Below are positions 9,508 through 19,146 of a stretch of 64,000 bases of DNA, piece by piece (the stretch's first letter is position 1; the number at the start of each line of letters is the position of its first letter). The notes below the pieces were generated by a model. The model saw only the letters and a list, made by a program, of their open reading frames with translations, searched no databases and was not told the DNA's origin. This DNA comes from Patescibacteria group bacterium (GTDB lineage: Bacteria; Patescibacteriota; Patescibacteriia; Magasanikbacterales; GWA2-37-8), in contig JAQTYG010000001.1 of NCBI GenBank assembly GCA_028688375.1, positions 7,793-71,792 of the forward strand. Reading direction: 5' to 3'. Position numbers and translations under genes: made by a program.

Positions 9508-10143
9508 ATGCGCGTAATACACATCATCCCTTCCGCTTTTGATTATTTTGACGATATTCGCCGTCATGCTTTTTCCATTTTGGAAAAACAAATTGAGTCC
9601 GGAGTTGAAGCCGAAGCATTTACCTTACAATATGGTTCGGTGACGCGCGGGCAAAAAAGCGCCGCCAAACTTGACGCGCCGGCCAGCCGTTTTATCGGAC
9701 TGTTCGGCTTAAATGAATTGGTCGATTCATTGTCGAATTTCGATGTTGTCCACCTGCACTGTCCTTTCTTGGGCGCGGCTAAAAAAATAATTGATTGGCG
9801 GAAAAAAAATCCAGACCGGCCGCTGGTCATTACCTATCACCGCGATTTGGATTTTTCCGATTTGTTCTCCCTTTTTATTATCGGCTATAATTATTTTTAT
9901 TTACCCCGTTTGTTTGCCGTGGCTACGGCTGTGGCCGGTTCTTCCGCCGAAGAATTTGCCCAGACTAAGGGCCGCCGGTATCTTAAGCAACCGGAAAAAT
10001 TTACGGATATCTCGGCATCAGCGGTTGACATAGAAAAAGAAGCCGGTATCCACTTGACTGATACGCCGGATAAGCTAAAATTACTGTCGACTGACGCCGA
10101 AGCGTTGGCATACATTAAGTTATATAAAAATTTAGTAATCTAA
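9508..10143 (+). CDS. hypothetical protein resembling only the N-terminal domain of a GT4 glycosyltransferase (possibly truncated or degenerate)
   Basis: DVVHLHCPFLG...LVITYH resembles the Glyco_trans_4 N-domain. No C-terminal catalytic domain. Confidence 0.35.
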   Translation: MRVIHIIPSAFDYFDDIRRHAFSILEKQIESGVEAEAFTLQYGSVTRGQKSAAKLDAPASRFIGLFGLNELVDSLSNFDVVHLHCPFLGAAKKIIDWRKKNPDRPLVITYHRDLDFSDLFSLFIIGYNYFYLPRLFAVATAVAGSSAEEFAQTKGRRYLKQPEKFTDISASAVDIEKEAGIHLTDTPDKLKLLSTDAEALAYIKLYKNLVI

Positions 10144-10154
10144 TTAATTAGAAT

Positions 10155-10985
10155 ATGGAGAAAAAGTCATTTTTTGAGGCGTTAGAACCAAAAAGCGCGA
10201 TGATCGTGGGGATCGTGGCGGGGTTTTTGACGGTTTGTACCGTGGGTTTTATTGTGTTGGGAATTTTGGCCCTTACTCGCGGGGTAAATTGCACGGCCGA
10301 AGGCGCTACTGCCGATGGTCTGGCCACCGCGGATAACGCGGCCGCTACCGATCAGCCGGCGACACCGGCGCCGAAAACCGATAAACCGAAAGTGGAATTG
10401 TTTGTGATGTCCTATTGCCCCTACGGCTTGCAAATGGAAAAAGCCTATCTGCCGGTGATGGAATTGTTAAAGAGCCGGGCCGATATGAGTATCAAATTTG
10501 TCAGTTATGCCATGCATGAGAAAAAAGAAATTGACGAGAACACCCGTCAGTATTGTATCCAAAAAGAACAGCCGACCAAGTTCGTCGCTTATCTGAAATG
10601 TTTTACCGGCAAGGATGATTATATCGCGTGTTTGACCACTGCCGGAGTGAACGAAGCCAAGATGAACGCCTGCGTGGCTAAGGCCGACAAAACTTACGGT
10701 ATTACCGCCAAGTTTGAAGACCAATCCACCTGGTTGAGCGGCCAATATCCGGTTTATCCGATTGATGCCGCCTTGAATGAGCAGTACGGCGTGCAGGGTT
10801 CGCCGACTTTGATTATCAATGGTGTGGAAGTGTCGGCCGGACGCACTCCGGAAGCGGTGAAGGCGGCCGTTTGCGCCGCGTTTAAAACCGCGCCGAAAGA
10901 GTGTGACACTGCGTTGAGCACGCAGAGTATGCAAGCCGGGTTCGGCACCAGCGCCGGAGCGGCCACCGACGCCAGCTGCGGATAA
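10155..10985 (+). CDS. membrane-anchored thioredoxin-fold (DsbA-like) protein, monothiol CPYG
   Basis: N-terminal TM segment, Ala/Thr/Pro-rich linker, SYCPYG and a C-terminal GSPTLIINGVEV DsbA-like motif. Confidence 0.45.
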   Translation: MEKKSFFEALEPKSAMIVGIVAGFLTVCTVGFIVLGILALTRGVNCTAEGATADGLATADNAAATDQPATPAPKTDKPKVELFVMSYCPYGLQMEKAYLPVMELLKSRADMSIKFVSYAMHEKKEIDENTRQYCIQKEQPTKFVAYLKCFTGKDDYIACLTTAGVNEAKMNACVAKADKTYGITAKFEDQSTWLSGQYPVYPIDAALNEQYGVQGSPTLIINGVEVSAGRTPEAVKAAVCAAFKTAPKECDTALSTQSMQAGFGTSAGAATDASCG

Positions 10986-11018
10986 TTTTCTCGCTTTAAA
11001 TTATTTTAACTCATATAT

Positions 11019-11330
11019 ATGGGAAGATTTAAAAAAGGCTTGGTGTTAGGCGGAATTCTTGGCGCCGGTTTGATGTGGCTTAACGCTACGGTTAAAGGCA
11101 AAGAGTACCGCGCTAAAATTTTGGCCCATCTGGATCCGCTCTACAACGAATTAAAGGAAAGTATAAAAAAACTGGAAGGCCCGACCCGCGAAATGTGGGA
11201 CGCGCTGGTGGAACGAGCGGTGGAGGAATACGCGGCCAAAAAAGAAATGGCCATGGATATGAAAAATAACCTGATTAAGGAATTGCAGAAGAAATGGGAT
11301 AATCTGGAAAAAGAGATAAGAAATGGGTAA
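11019..11330 (+). CDS. YtxH-like small stress protein
   Basis: N-terminal GLVLGGILGAGLMWL glycine-zipper helix followed by a charged coiled-coil tail. Confidence 0.45.
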   Translation: MGRFKKGLVLGGILGAGLMWLNATVKGKEYRAKILAHLDPLYNELKESIKKLEGPTREMWDALVERAVEEYAAKKEMAMDMKNNLIKELQKKWDNLEKEIRNG

Positions 11331-11340
11331 AATAAAAAAT

Positions 11341-11370
11341 CCCCTCCGATGACGGAGGGGATTTTTTATT
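11341..11370. terminator. bidirectional rho-independent terminator between convergent genes
   Basis: CCCCTCCGATGACGGAGGGG stem-loop flanked by A-run and T-run. Confidence 0.75.
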
Positions 11371-13141
11371 TGCTTTTTTTCATATCCTTCACCGCCAGTT
11401 CCAGTTCGCGGTTGCCGTTCCATTCGTTGACGCTGACCTTGAAAACCAAATCAATTTTGTCGCCCGGCTTTAAAGTATTTTTCCAGTCCGCCGGATGCTT
11501 ATTCAAATCGCCAAAGCCAAAGGCGATGGTTTTTTTCACCACGTGAGAATTATGTTTGACCATCAGTTTCAAATGCCGGCCGTCCTGTCCGACCGGGCTG
11601 ACTTCCATCACCGTCAAACCGCGCGCCAAATACAGCGGCTCCTCGTTGGCCTGGCCGAACGGTTCAAATTTTTGCAGTAGGTCGTAAAGTTTCCAATCAA
11701 CGTCGGCCAAATCCACTTCGGCGTCAATGGCGAGTTGCGGTTTTAATTCCAAACCGGCCGTGGCCGTGGCCGCTTTGGCGGATAATTTTTTTTTAAATTT
11801 TTCCAGCATTTTCGGTGATTTCAAAGTAAAACCGCAGGCTTGCGGGTGCCCGCCGAATTTGGAGAAAAGTTCCGGCATGGATTGCAGGGCAGCGATGATA
11901 TTAAATTCCGTGATACTGCGCCCGGAGCCGTTGATCTCTCCATCGATTTTGCCCATTACAATCGCCGGTTTATAATAGAGGTCTTTTAGTTTGCCGGCAA
12001 TCAAGCCGATGACACCGGGCGCCCAGCCATCGGCGATGGCGAACAGCACCGGATTATTTTCTTGTTTGGTTTCTCCGATTTGTTTCACTGCCTGGTTCAC
12101 CATTTGTTCGGTTAATTTTTGTCGGTCGGTATTGTTTTTGTTCAACTGGTTGGCTAAATCAACGGCGGTGGTTTCATCTTCGGCGGACAGCAAAGCGAAA
12201 GCGCTGTTGGCATGGTCCATTCGGCCGGCGGCATTGAGGCGAGGCGACAATTGAAAGCCAACCGTCTCGCTGTTATACGGTCCTTTCTTCGGTCGGCCCG
12301 ATTCATCGGCAATACCGGCGGCAATTAGTAATTTTTTTAATCCGATGTTTCTGGTTTTATTAAGCACGGTCAGGCCGTAGCGAGTAAGGGTGCGTGATTC
12401 GCCGAGCAGAGGCACCATGTCGGCGACCGTGGCGATGGCCACCAGGTCTAACAGCCATTTTTCAAATGATTCGTGGGCCTGCCCATCCGGCATCAGCGCG
12501 TTTGTTTTCGCGTGAGTGATTAAAAGCGCTTGAGTTAATTTAAAAGCCACGCCGGCGCCGGCCAATGTTTTACACGGATAATTTTGGCCGGGTAATTGAG
12601 GGTGGATAATGGCGCTGGCTGGCGGCAATGTTTCCGGTACGCTGTGATGGTCGGTGACAATTACTTCCATGCCTAATTTATTCGCCAAAATTATTTCTTC
12701 ATTGTTGCTTAAACCGCAATCACAAGTGACAATTAAGTCGGTTTTTTGTTTAGCCAAAGATTCTATCGTATTTTTATTCAAACCATAGCCGTCTTCTTCG
12801 CGATGGGGGAGAAAGACATTTAAATTTTTCGCGCCGAGTTTTTTAAGAGTAGTAACCAAAATCACCGACGCGCAGACACCGTCGGCGTCATAGTCGCCGT
12901 GCACTACGATATTTTTATCGGCGGCAATGGCGTCAAAAATTATTTTTACCGCTTCGGCCATGTCGCGGAATAAGAACGGATCGTAAATATCGGTGGAATA
13001 ATCCGGGTTTAAAAATTCGTCAATTTGTTCTTGCGCGCGCAAATTGCGGTTCCAAAGAAGCCGCGCGATAATCGGCGGCAATTCCGGGTGCGATTCCATA
13101 AATTCCCCGGGCGGAGCCTCCAGAATAGCCCACTTCTTCAT
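11366..13141 (-). CDS. recJ: single-stranded-DNA-specific exonuclease RecJ
   Basis: DHH motifs VVHGDYDADGV and VTDHH; DHHA1 domain. Confidence 0.85.
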   Translation of the reverse strand: MKKWAILEAPPGEFMESHPELPPIIARLLWNRNLRAQEQIDEFLNPDYSTDIYDPFLFRDMAEAVKIIFDAIAADKNIVVHGDYDADGVCASVILVTTLKKLGAKNLNVFLPHREEDGYGLNKNTIESLAKQKTDLIVTCDCGLSNNEEIILANKLGMEVIVTDHHSVPETLPPASAIIHPQLPGQNYPCKTLAGAGVAFKLTQALLITHAKTNALMPDGQAHESFEKWLLDLVAIATVADMVPLLGESRTLTRYGLTVLNKTRNIGLKKLLIAAGIADESGRPKKGPYNSETVGFQLSPRLNAAGRMDHANSAFALLSAEDETTAVDLANQLNKNNTDRQKLTEQMVNQAVKQIGETKQENNPVLFAIADGWAPGVIGLIAGKLKDLYYKPAIVMGKIDGEINGSGRSITEFNIIAALQSMPELFSKFGGHPQACGFTLKSPKMLEKFKKKLSAKAATATAGLELKPQLAIDAEVDLADVDWKLYDLLQKFEPFGQANEEPLYLARGLTVMEVSPVGQDGRHLKLMVKHNSHVVKKTIAFGFGDLNKHPADWKNTLKPGDKIDLVFKVSVNEWNGNRELELAVKDMKKSK

Positions 13142-13188
13142 AGCAAAATATAATTTCTTTGGTTTAGACCTCGCTGTTTATGGTCGGC

Positions 13189-13220
13189 GGTTCACAGTTC
13201 GCAGTGCCCAGTTCACAGCC
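13189..13220. repeat. short GTTCACAGTTCG / CAGTTCACAGCC repeat
   Basis: GGTTCACAGTTCGCAGTGCCCAGTTCACAGCC resembles 20891-20921. Confidence 0.5.
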
Positions 13221-13228
13221 ACAACCCA

Positions 13229-13327
13229 TTAATATTGCAAGGCCGGCATGATGGTGAACAACACCATCGCCAAGACGCCGATCAAGGCCACCACAATCCA
13301 GAGCTGTTTTAGAGTTTTGTGTTTCAT
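13229..13327 (-). CDS. possible 32-aa hydrophobic micropeptide (MKHKTLKQLWIVVALIGVLAMVLFTIMPALQY)
   Basis: ATG-initiated ORF below the track cutoff. Single TM helix. Lies between lepA and recJ on the same strand. Confidence 0.2.
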   Translation of the reverse strand: MKHKTLKQLWIVVALIGVLAMVLFTIMPALQY

Positions 13328-13351
13328 AGCAATGAACAATTAACGAAGAAA

Positions 13352-15148
13352 TTAACGTTTTAAAACTTTCAAGTACGTTTCGGTGGGTATTTCCACCTTT
13401 CCCCGCGCGGCCATTTTTCTCTTGCCTTTTTTCTGTTTTTCCAACAGTTTCATCTTGCGGGTGACGTCACCGCCGTATAATTTAGCCAAGACATCTTTGC
13501 GGTAAGCCGAGAGACGCTCGGCGGCGATAATCTTTCCGCCGACGGCGGCCTGGATTTTTATTTCAAATTGTTGGCGCGGTAAAGATTCTTTTAATGTTTC
13601 GGTAATTTTTTTCCCGGATTTATAGGCATCTTCTTCCCAGACCAGAGTCGCCAGCTCTTCCACCGGTTCTTCGGAAATTAAGATGTCCAATTTAACCACT
13701 TTAGTCGGTTCATAATCTTTGTATTCGTAGTTCATGGAAGCATAGCCGGAAGTGACGGTTTTAAGTTTATCATAAAAATCCGTAATCAGCGAAGCCAGCG
13801 GGATTTCGTAATGAATTACCGCCCGCTGATCGGAGCCGGCGCTTAAATATTCGGTGTTGACGTAACGGCCGCGTTTTTCGGAAATTAACCCCATGACACT
13901 GCCAACGTAATCTTTGGGAGTGATAATATCCAAAGTCATCCACGGCTCCATAGTGGAAATGACTTGAGACGGTTCGGGCATTTCTTGCGGGCCGTGGACG
14001 ATAATTTCTTGTTTGTTGCTTTTCGTTACTTTGTAGGCGACACTGGGTACGGTAATGACGATGTCCAAATTGTGTTCCCGGTGGAGGCGTTCCTGAAAAA
14101 TATCCAAATGCAACATGCCCAAGAATCCGCAGCGGAAACCAAAGCCGAGCGCTTGCGAATGTTCCGGCTCAAAATAGAGCGATGAGTCGCTTAATTTTAA
14201 TTTATCAATCGCGTCGCGCAATTCTTGGTATTCATTTCCTTCTTTGGGAAAAACGCCGGCAAAGACCATCGGCTTTACCTCTTTATAGCCGGGCAGGGGA
14301 GTAAGACCCTTTTGTTCTTCCTTCGCTTCGCGGGTGGTGATGGTGTCGCCGACTCGGCACTCGCGCACTTCTTTCAGACCGGTCACCACGTAACCGATTT
14401 CTCCATTGGCCAGTTTTTCCGCCGACTTAAATTTCGGTTTGTAATAGCCGATTTCCAAAATTTCCGCCGGCGTGTGCGTGGTCATCAACATTATTTTGTC
14501 GCCTTTTTTTAATTCCCCGTCCATTATTCTAACCGAGGCGACCACCCCTTTAAACTCATTGTACGAAGAATCAAAAATCAGGGCGCGTGGCGGTTTTTTT
14601 GAATTGTCCGCCGGTGGCGGCACCTGTTTAATTATCGCTGCCAATATTTCCGCCACCCCGGCGCCGGTTTTGCCGGAGGCAAGCAGAATGTCTTCTTCTT
14701 GACAGCCGATCAAGTGGATAATTTCTTCTTTGGTTTTGGCGACATTGGCGATCGGCATGTCGATCTTATTTATCACCGGAATGATGGTTAGATTTTGCTC
14801 CAAGGCCAGATAAAGATTACCGATAGTTTGCGCCTGCACGCCTTGGGTGGCGTCCACGAGCAGGATGGCGCCCTCCACCGCGGCCAGCGATCGGGAGACT
14901 TCGTAATTAAAATCCACGTGGCCGGGAGTGTCGATCAGATTCAAAATATATTTTTGATAATCCATCCGCACCGGTGTCAGCTTAATGGTGATGCCTCGTT
15001 CACGTTCCAAGTCCATGGAGTCTAACAACTGTTCTTTCATGTCGCGGTGGGAAACTGTGCCGGTCAATTCTAAAAACCGATCGGCCAGGGTGCTCTTCCC
15101 GTGATCGATGTGAGCGATGATGCAAAAGTTCCTAATTTGATTATTCAT
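13352..15148 (-). CDS. lepA: elongation factor 4 (LepA)
   Basis: IRNFCIIAHIDHGKST G-domain, with the LepA C-terminal domain. The ATG at 15148 aligns to the canonical MxxIRNF N-terminus; the track ORF uses an upstream TTG at 15178. Confidence 0.85.
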   Translation of the reverse strand: MNNQIRNFCIIAHIDHGKSTLADRFLELTGTVSHRDMKEQLLDSMDLERERGITIKLTPVRMDYQKYILNLIDTPGHVDFNYEVSRSLAAVEGAILLVDATQGVQAQTIGNLYLALEQNLTIIPVINKIDMPIANVAKTKEEIIHLIGCQEEDILLASGKTGAGVAEILAAIIKQVPPPADNSKKPPRALIFDSSYNEFKGVVASVRIMDGELKKGDKIMLMTTHTPAEILEIGYYKPKFKSAEKLANGEIGYVVTGLKEVRECRVGDTITTREAKEEQKGLTPLPGYKEVKPMVFAGVFPKEGNEYQELRDAIDKLKLSDSSLYFEPEHSQALGFGFRCGFLGMLHLDIFQERLHREHNLDIVITVPSVAYKVTKSNKQEIIVHGPQEMPEPSQVISTMEPWMTLDIITPKDYVGSVMGLISEKRGRYVNTEYLSAGSDQRAVIHYEIPLASLITDFYDKLKTVTSGYASMNYEYKDYEPTKVVKLDILISEEPVEELATLVWEEDAYKSGKKITETLKESLPRQQFEIKIQAAVGGKIIAAERLSAYRKDVLAKLYGGDVTRKMKLLEKQKKGKRKMAARGKVEIPTETYLKVLKR

Positions 15149-15161
15149 AATTTTTACGCGA

Positions 15162-16781
15162 CTATTCTTTTCCCTCAATCATTTCCGTGGTTTGGACATT
15201 GCCGGTTTTTAACCACCGTCGGGCCAAGCTGTCTTTTAAATGCATAAATTCCGGTACTTTCAACAGCCAACAAATAAAACCATAAACCGTCAGGCCGACC
15301 GCGCCGGCCACCAAACCTTGTCCGAACACGCCCCAAAAATAGTTCAGGTCAAAGATTTTTGCCAGAGGATATTTTAAAGCTTGGATCACGATACCCATAA
15401 TCATGGCGGCGACAGTGAAGCGGTAAAGCGATGAAATAATTGGTCCGCCGTCTAAGCCGGTTAGATTTTTGCGTAAATAAACCACCAACAATGAAGCGTT
15501 TAAAATTCCCCCGATTGAGGCGGCTAAGGCTAGGCCGGCTACGCCCAGCGAGCGCATTAGGATTAAAGCGGCGATAATGGCGATTAATTCGCTGACCACG
15601 CCGATAACGAACGGGGTCTTGGTGTCAGACAAAGAATAAAACGCGCGGGCCAAAAGGGGAATCAGCGCTTGAGCGAAAAGACCGAAGGCGAAAAAGGCCA
15701 AAGCGTCGGCCGTGTTTATGGTGGCGGTCCAATCAAAGGCGCCGGTGCCGAGCACCACGCGAACGATCTGCGCGCGCAACAGCATGATAGCCATCGACAG
15801 CGGAATAATCAAAAATAAAATTTGTCTGGCGGTGGCGGAAAGATTTTTGATAAATTCTTCATGATTTTTAGTGGCGGCCGCGGCTGAGAGCACGGGGAAC
15901 ACGGCCAAGGCGAAGGGGATACCGATAATGCCGATCGGCACGGCTTGGAGATTACTGGCGAAATTATAAACGGCCACACTACCGACCGGCAAAAACGAAG
16001 CCAAGATCGTCACCACGAAAATATTCAATTCGGAAATAGCCAGCCCGAGCGTCCGCGGGACCATCAGTTTGCCGATTAGTCGCGTCTCCGCGTCTTTTAA
16101 GTTGAAAGTCCAATGCCAGCGCCAGCCGGCCAAGAGCGCTCCGACCACTTGCAACAATAGATGTAATAGGGCGCCGAGTACGACACCAAGCGCCAAGCCC
16201 GGCAAACCGAACATCGGCACCAATACTACCGCGCCGATGATAATCCCCAGATTATAAAAAATCGGGGCAATGGAATAAAAAACAAATCGGCGCAATGATT
16301 GTAAAATTCCGCCCAGCGTCATGGACAACCCCAAAATCAACGGCGACAAAAACATTATCCGAGTGTAAGTAACGGCCAGCGCTCGGCTGGCTTCGGAAAA
16401 GCCCGGGGCGATTAACGGTACTAAGTAAGGGGCAAAAAGAATGCCCAGTCCGCACAAGATAATTAAAATAAAGGCGCTGATGTTGATAATGTTGTTGGCC
16501 AGTTTCCAGGCCGGACTTTTATTTTCCCCCTGATTAAAAAGCGCGGTAAAAGTCGGGATAAAACCGGCAGTGAGCGCGCCGACAATCAGCAGATTATAAA
16601 TTACATCCGGAATTTTGAAAGCGGCGTAGTAGGCGTCCAGCACCGGTCCGGCGCCAAAATAGTGCGCCAAAATTCGGTCGCGAAATAAGCCGACCAAGCG
16701 GGACATTAAAGTGGCGGCCGCGATAATCAGGGCGGCGCCGGTAATGGTTTTGGATTGGCCGTTGATGGTTCTGAGAAACAT
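15162..16781 (-). CDS. murJ: lipid II flippase MurJ
   Basis: 539 aa with 14 TM helices. N-terminus LMSRLVGLFRDRILAHYFGAG matches the MurJ/MviN family. Confidence 0.8.
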   Translation of the reverse strand: MFLRTINGQSKTITGAALIIAAATLMSRLVGLFRDRILAHYFGAGPVLDAYYAAFKIPDVIYNLLIVGALTAGFIPTFTALFNQGENKSPAWKLANNIINISAFILIILCGLGILFAPYLVPLIAPGFSEASRALAVTYTRIMFLSPLILGLSMTLGGILQSLRRFVFYSIAPIFYNLGIIIGAVVLVPMFGLPGLALGVVLGALLHLLLQVVGALLAGWRWHWTFNLKDAETRLIGKLMVPRTLGLAISELNIFVVTILASFLPVGSVAVYNFASNLQAVPIGIIGIPFALAVFPVLSAAAATKNHEEFIKNLSATARQILFLIIPLSMAIMLLRAQIVRVVLGTGAFDWTATINTADALAFFAFGLFAQALIPLLARAFYSLSDTKTPFVIGVVSELIAIIAALILMRSLGVAGLALAASIGGILNASLLVVYLRKNLTGLDGGPIISSLYRFTVAAMIMGIVIQALKYPLAKIFDLNYFWGVFGQGLVAGAVGLTVYGFICWLLKVPEFMHLKDSLARRWLKTGNVQTTEMIEGKE

Positions 16782-16782
16782 G

Positions 16783-17502
16783 CTATCGCGCGGTAGTGGT
16801 AGTGGAGCTTGTGACGATTAAGCTCGGGTAATTAACAATTAAAAATGCGTAATCAATAATTTTTTCCTTGTTGGGCGATGTCTGCTGAGCGGAAACCGTT
16901 CCGCCGATGCCGTCGGCTCGGCTGAAAGTGAATTGTTTATAATTATCGCCCTCTTCTTCCGTGTCCAGTGTAAAACCGGCCTCGTTTAATTTATTTTGGT
17001 AGTAAAGAATCAAGGATTTGGTATCACTCGGCACACGGCGCCACTCTATCTGAACTGTATCGCGATCATCGCCCACCGGTTTGGTAATAATGCGCCACAA
17101 CTCGCGTCCGATGTTGACTCGCTGGCTGGTCGGCGTAGACGGCGCTTGCGGGTTGGTTTCAGCCGTGTTGATAAAAATCGGTGAGAGAATAATTTTGGGA
17201 AAAAAAGCGGCGATGGCCATGGCCCGCGCTTTGTAATGGCCGGAAGTGTAAGTAATGCGGTCAATATTATATTCATTGTAAACGGGGATCTCTTTAGGAA
17301 AATTTTCCGGCAAGACCCGTATTTCTTTCGGTCCCTGTCCGACGAATAACCGCACCCCGACAATTATCAGCGCGATAAAAAGAAAAAGACAGCCGCAGCC
17401 GCTCATGCACGCTTTGCCGACCCACCGATTTTTCCGAGTCAATTCTTGGATCGGCGGTTCGACAATTTCCACATCTTTTATGGCGTCTTCTCTGATGCGC
17501 AT
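16783..17502 (-). CDS. hypothetical membrane-anchored protein
   Basis: Single N-terminal TM segment. No recognisable domain. Confidence 0.4.
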   Translation of the reverse strand: MRIREDAIKDVEIVEPPIQELTRKNRWVGKACMSGCGCLFLFIALIIVGVRLFVGQGPKEIRVLPENFPKEIPVYNEYNIDRITYTSGHYKARAMAIAAFFPKIILSPIFINTAETNPQAPSTPTSQRVNIGRELWRIITKPVGDDRDTVQIEWRRVPSDTKSLILYYQNKLNEAGFTLDTEEEGDNYKQFTFSRADGIGGTVSAQQTSPNKEKIIDYAFLIVNYPSLIVTSSTTTTAR

Positions 17503-17571
17503 AACAAGGAGTATTCTAACAGGTTTTTTCTGGTTTGTGTAGGGGGTATAATATGGTATAATTTACCCATT

Positions 17572-18951
17572 ATGAAGCTTTCATTTTACGGCGCGGCCGG
17601 TGAAGTTACCGGTTCGTGCAGCCTGCTGGAAACAAGCAGTAAAAAAATATTGGTTGATTGCGGCGCCTTTCAGGGCGGGGAATACGTGGAGGAGCGGAAT
17701 GCCGACCCTTTTGTTTTTGATTCCAAAGAATTAACCGCGGTGATTTTAACCCATGCTCACTTGGACCACGTCGGCCGGTTGCCGGAATTAGTCAAGTCGG
17801 GTTTTTCCGGGTTTATTTACGCCACTCCGCCGACGGCTGATTTAGCGCGCCTAATCTTAGAAGACGCTTTTGAGATAATGAGCTATAACAATAGAAAATT
17901 TCACACGCCCTTGCTTTACAGTCAGGAAGACATCGCCCGCGTGGTCGGCCGGTTCAGAACGGTGGGATATTACGAAGATTTTACGTTATCAGCGCCGGCT
18001 GATGATAAAAAAAATCCGGTAACGGTAAAATTTTATGATGCCGGGCATATTTTCGGTTCGGCTTTCGTGGAAGTTCGCGTCGACGGCAAGAAAATAATTT
18101 TTTCCGGGGATGTCGGCAATGTCAACACGCCGATCCTGCGCGACACTGACGCGTTGCCGGAGGACGTTGACGTTTTAATTTGCGAATCCACTTATGGCGA
18201 TCGCCTGCATGACACGAAGCAGAACCGGGAAGAGGCAATTAAACAAATTATTCTTTCGGCCGTTCGTCGTGGCGGTGCCTTGCTTATCCCGTCTTTCTCC
18301 GTGGAGCGGACTCAGGAATTACTTTACACCCTCAATAATCTGATTGATCGAAAAAAAGAATTGCCCGGCGACCTGCAAATATATTTGGATAGTCCTTTGG
18401 CCATTAATGCCACCGAAGTTTACGAACGTTATTCCGAATATTTTGATCAAGAAGCTAAGCAATATATTTTTTCCGGCGACGATTTATTTAAGTTTACCGG
18501 CCTGCATGTTTGTCGCACTCGCGAAGAGTCGAAAAAAATTAATAATACGCCCGGGCAAAAAATAATCATCGCCGGCGCCGGCATGATGAATGGCGGCCGG
18601 ATTCTTCACCACGCGCTCCGTCATCTTTCGGATGAGCGCGCTACGCTTTTTATCACCGGTTACCAAGCGCCGGGCACTTTGGGCAGAAGAATTTTGGAGG
18701 GCGCGTCAATGGTGAATATTTTCGGCGAAGAAATAAGGGTCCATTGTCATCTTGATTTTACCGGCGTGCTTTCGGCGCATGCCGATAAAGCCAAGTTGAT
18801 GCAGTGGATTAAAAACAATGGTCACCCACCCAAACAAATTTATCTTAATCATGGCGAACCGGCCGCGTTGTCGGCGTTGCAAAAAAGTGTCAGCGAAGTG
18901 CTGAATGTGCCGGCGGTCATTGCCGATCCGGAGAAGGTGACTGAGCTATAA
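17572..18951 (+). CDS. MBL-fold beta-CASP ribonuclease (RNase J/CPSF-like)
   Basis: HAHLDHVGRLP metallo-beta-lactamase motif, beta-CASP and RNA-specificity domain. ATG at 17572 follows tandem TATAAT boxes. Confidence 0.7.
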   Translation: MKLSFYGAAGEVTGSCSLLETSSKKILVDCGAFQGGEYVEERNADPFVFDSKELTAVILTHAHLDHVGRLPELVKSGFSGFIYATPPTADLARLILEDAFEIMSYNNRKFHTPLLYSQEDIARVVGRFRTVGYYEDFTLSAPADDKKNPVTVKFYDAGHIFGSAFVEVRVDGKKIIFSGDVGNVNTPILRDTDALPEDVDVLICESTYGDRLHDTKQNREEAIKQIILSAVRRGGALLIPSFSVERTQELLYTLNNLIDRKKELPGDLQIYLDSPLAINATEVYERYSEYFDQEAKQYIFSGDDLFKFTGLHVCRTREESKKINNTPGQKIIIAGAGMMNGGRILHHALRHLSDERATLFITGYQAPGTLGRRILEGASMVNIFGEEIRVHCHLDFTGVLSAHADKAKLMQWIKNNGHPPKQIYLNHGEPAALSALQKSVSEVLNVPAVIADPEKVTEL

Positions 18952-18983
18952 AATACAAAAACACACCAGACTTATCCACACCC

Positions 18984-19008
18984 CCCGCCTCTTTGGCGGG
19001 TTTTTTGT
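18984..19008 (+). terminator. rho-independent terminator
   Basis: CCGCCTCTTTGGCGG hairpin followed by a T-run. Confidence 0.6.
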
Positions 19009-19043
19009 TTTATATTAGCCAAAAAATAAAATGGTGTTTTTTG

Positions 19044-19072
19044 TTGACGGGTGTTTGTCAGTGGTGTAAAAT
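19044..19072 (+). promoter_or_regulatory. sigma-70-like promoter for the mraZ-rsmH-ftsL operon
   Basis: TTGACG, 17-nt spacer, TAAAAT. Confidence 0.5.
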
Positions 19073-19112
19073 GGTACGTAGTGGAAAGAAGTGGAGAACT
19101 TTTTAGCTACTG

Positions 19113-19137
19113 GATTCCCGCTTTCGCGGGAATGACA
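19113..19137 (-). repeat. GTCATTCCCG...GGGAATC palindromic repeat (family copy) in the mraZ 5' UTR
   Basis: The reverse complement reads TGTCATTCCCGCGAAAGCGGGAATC, matching repeats at 10 or more other loci. Confidence 0.7.
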
Positions 19138-19146
19138 AAAACGACC

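Noticed and set aside
17446-17571. N-terminal 42-codon extension of the MBL RNase ORF
   Set aside because: It overlaps the divergent promoter region and the upstream minus-strand gene start. The ATG at 17572 after tandem TATAAT boxes gives the conserved MKLSFYGAAGEVTGS start.
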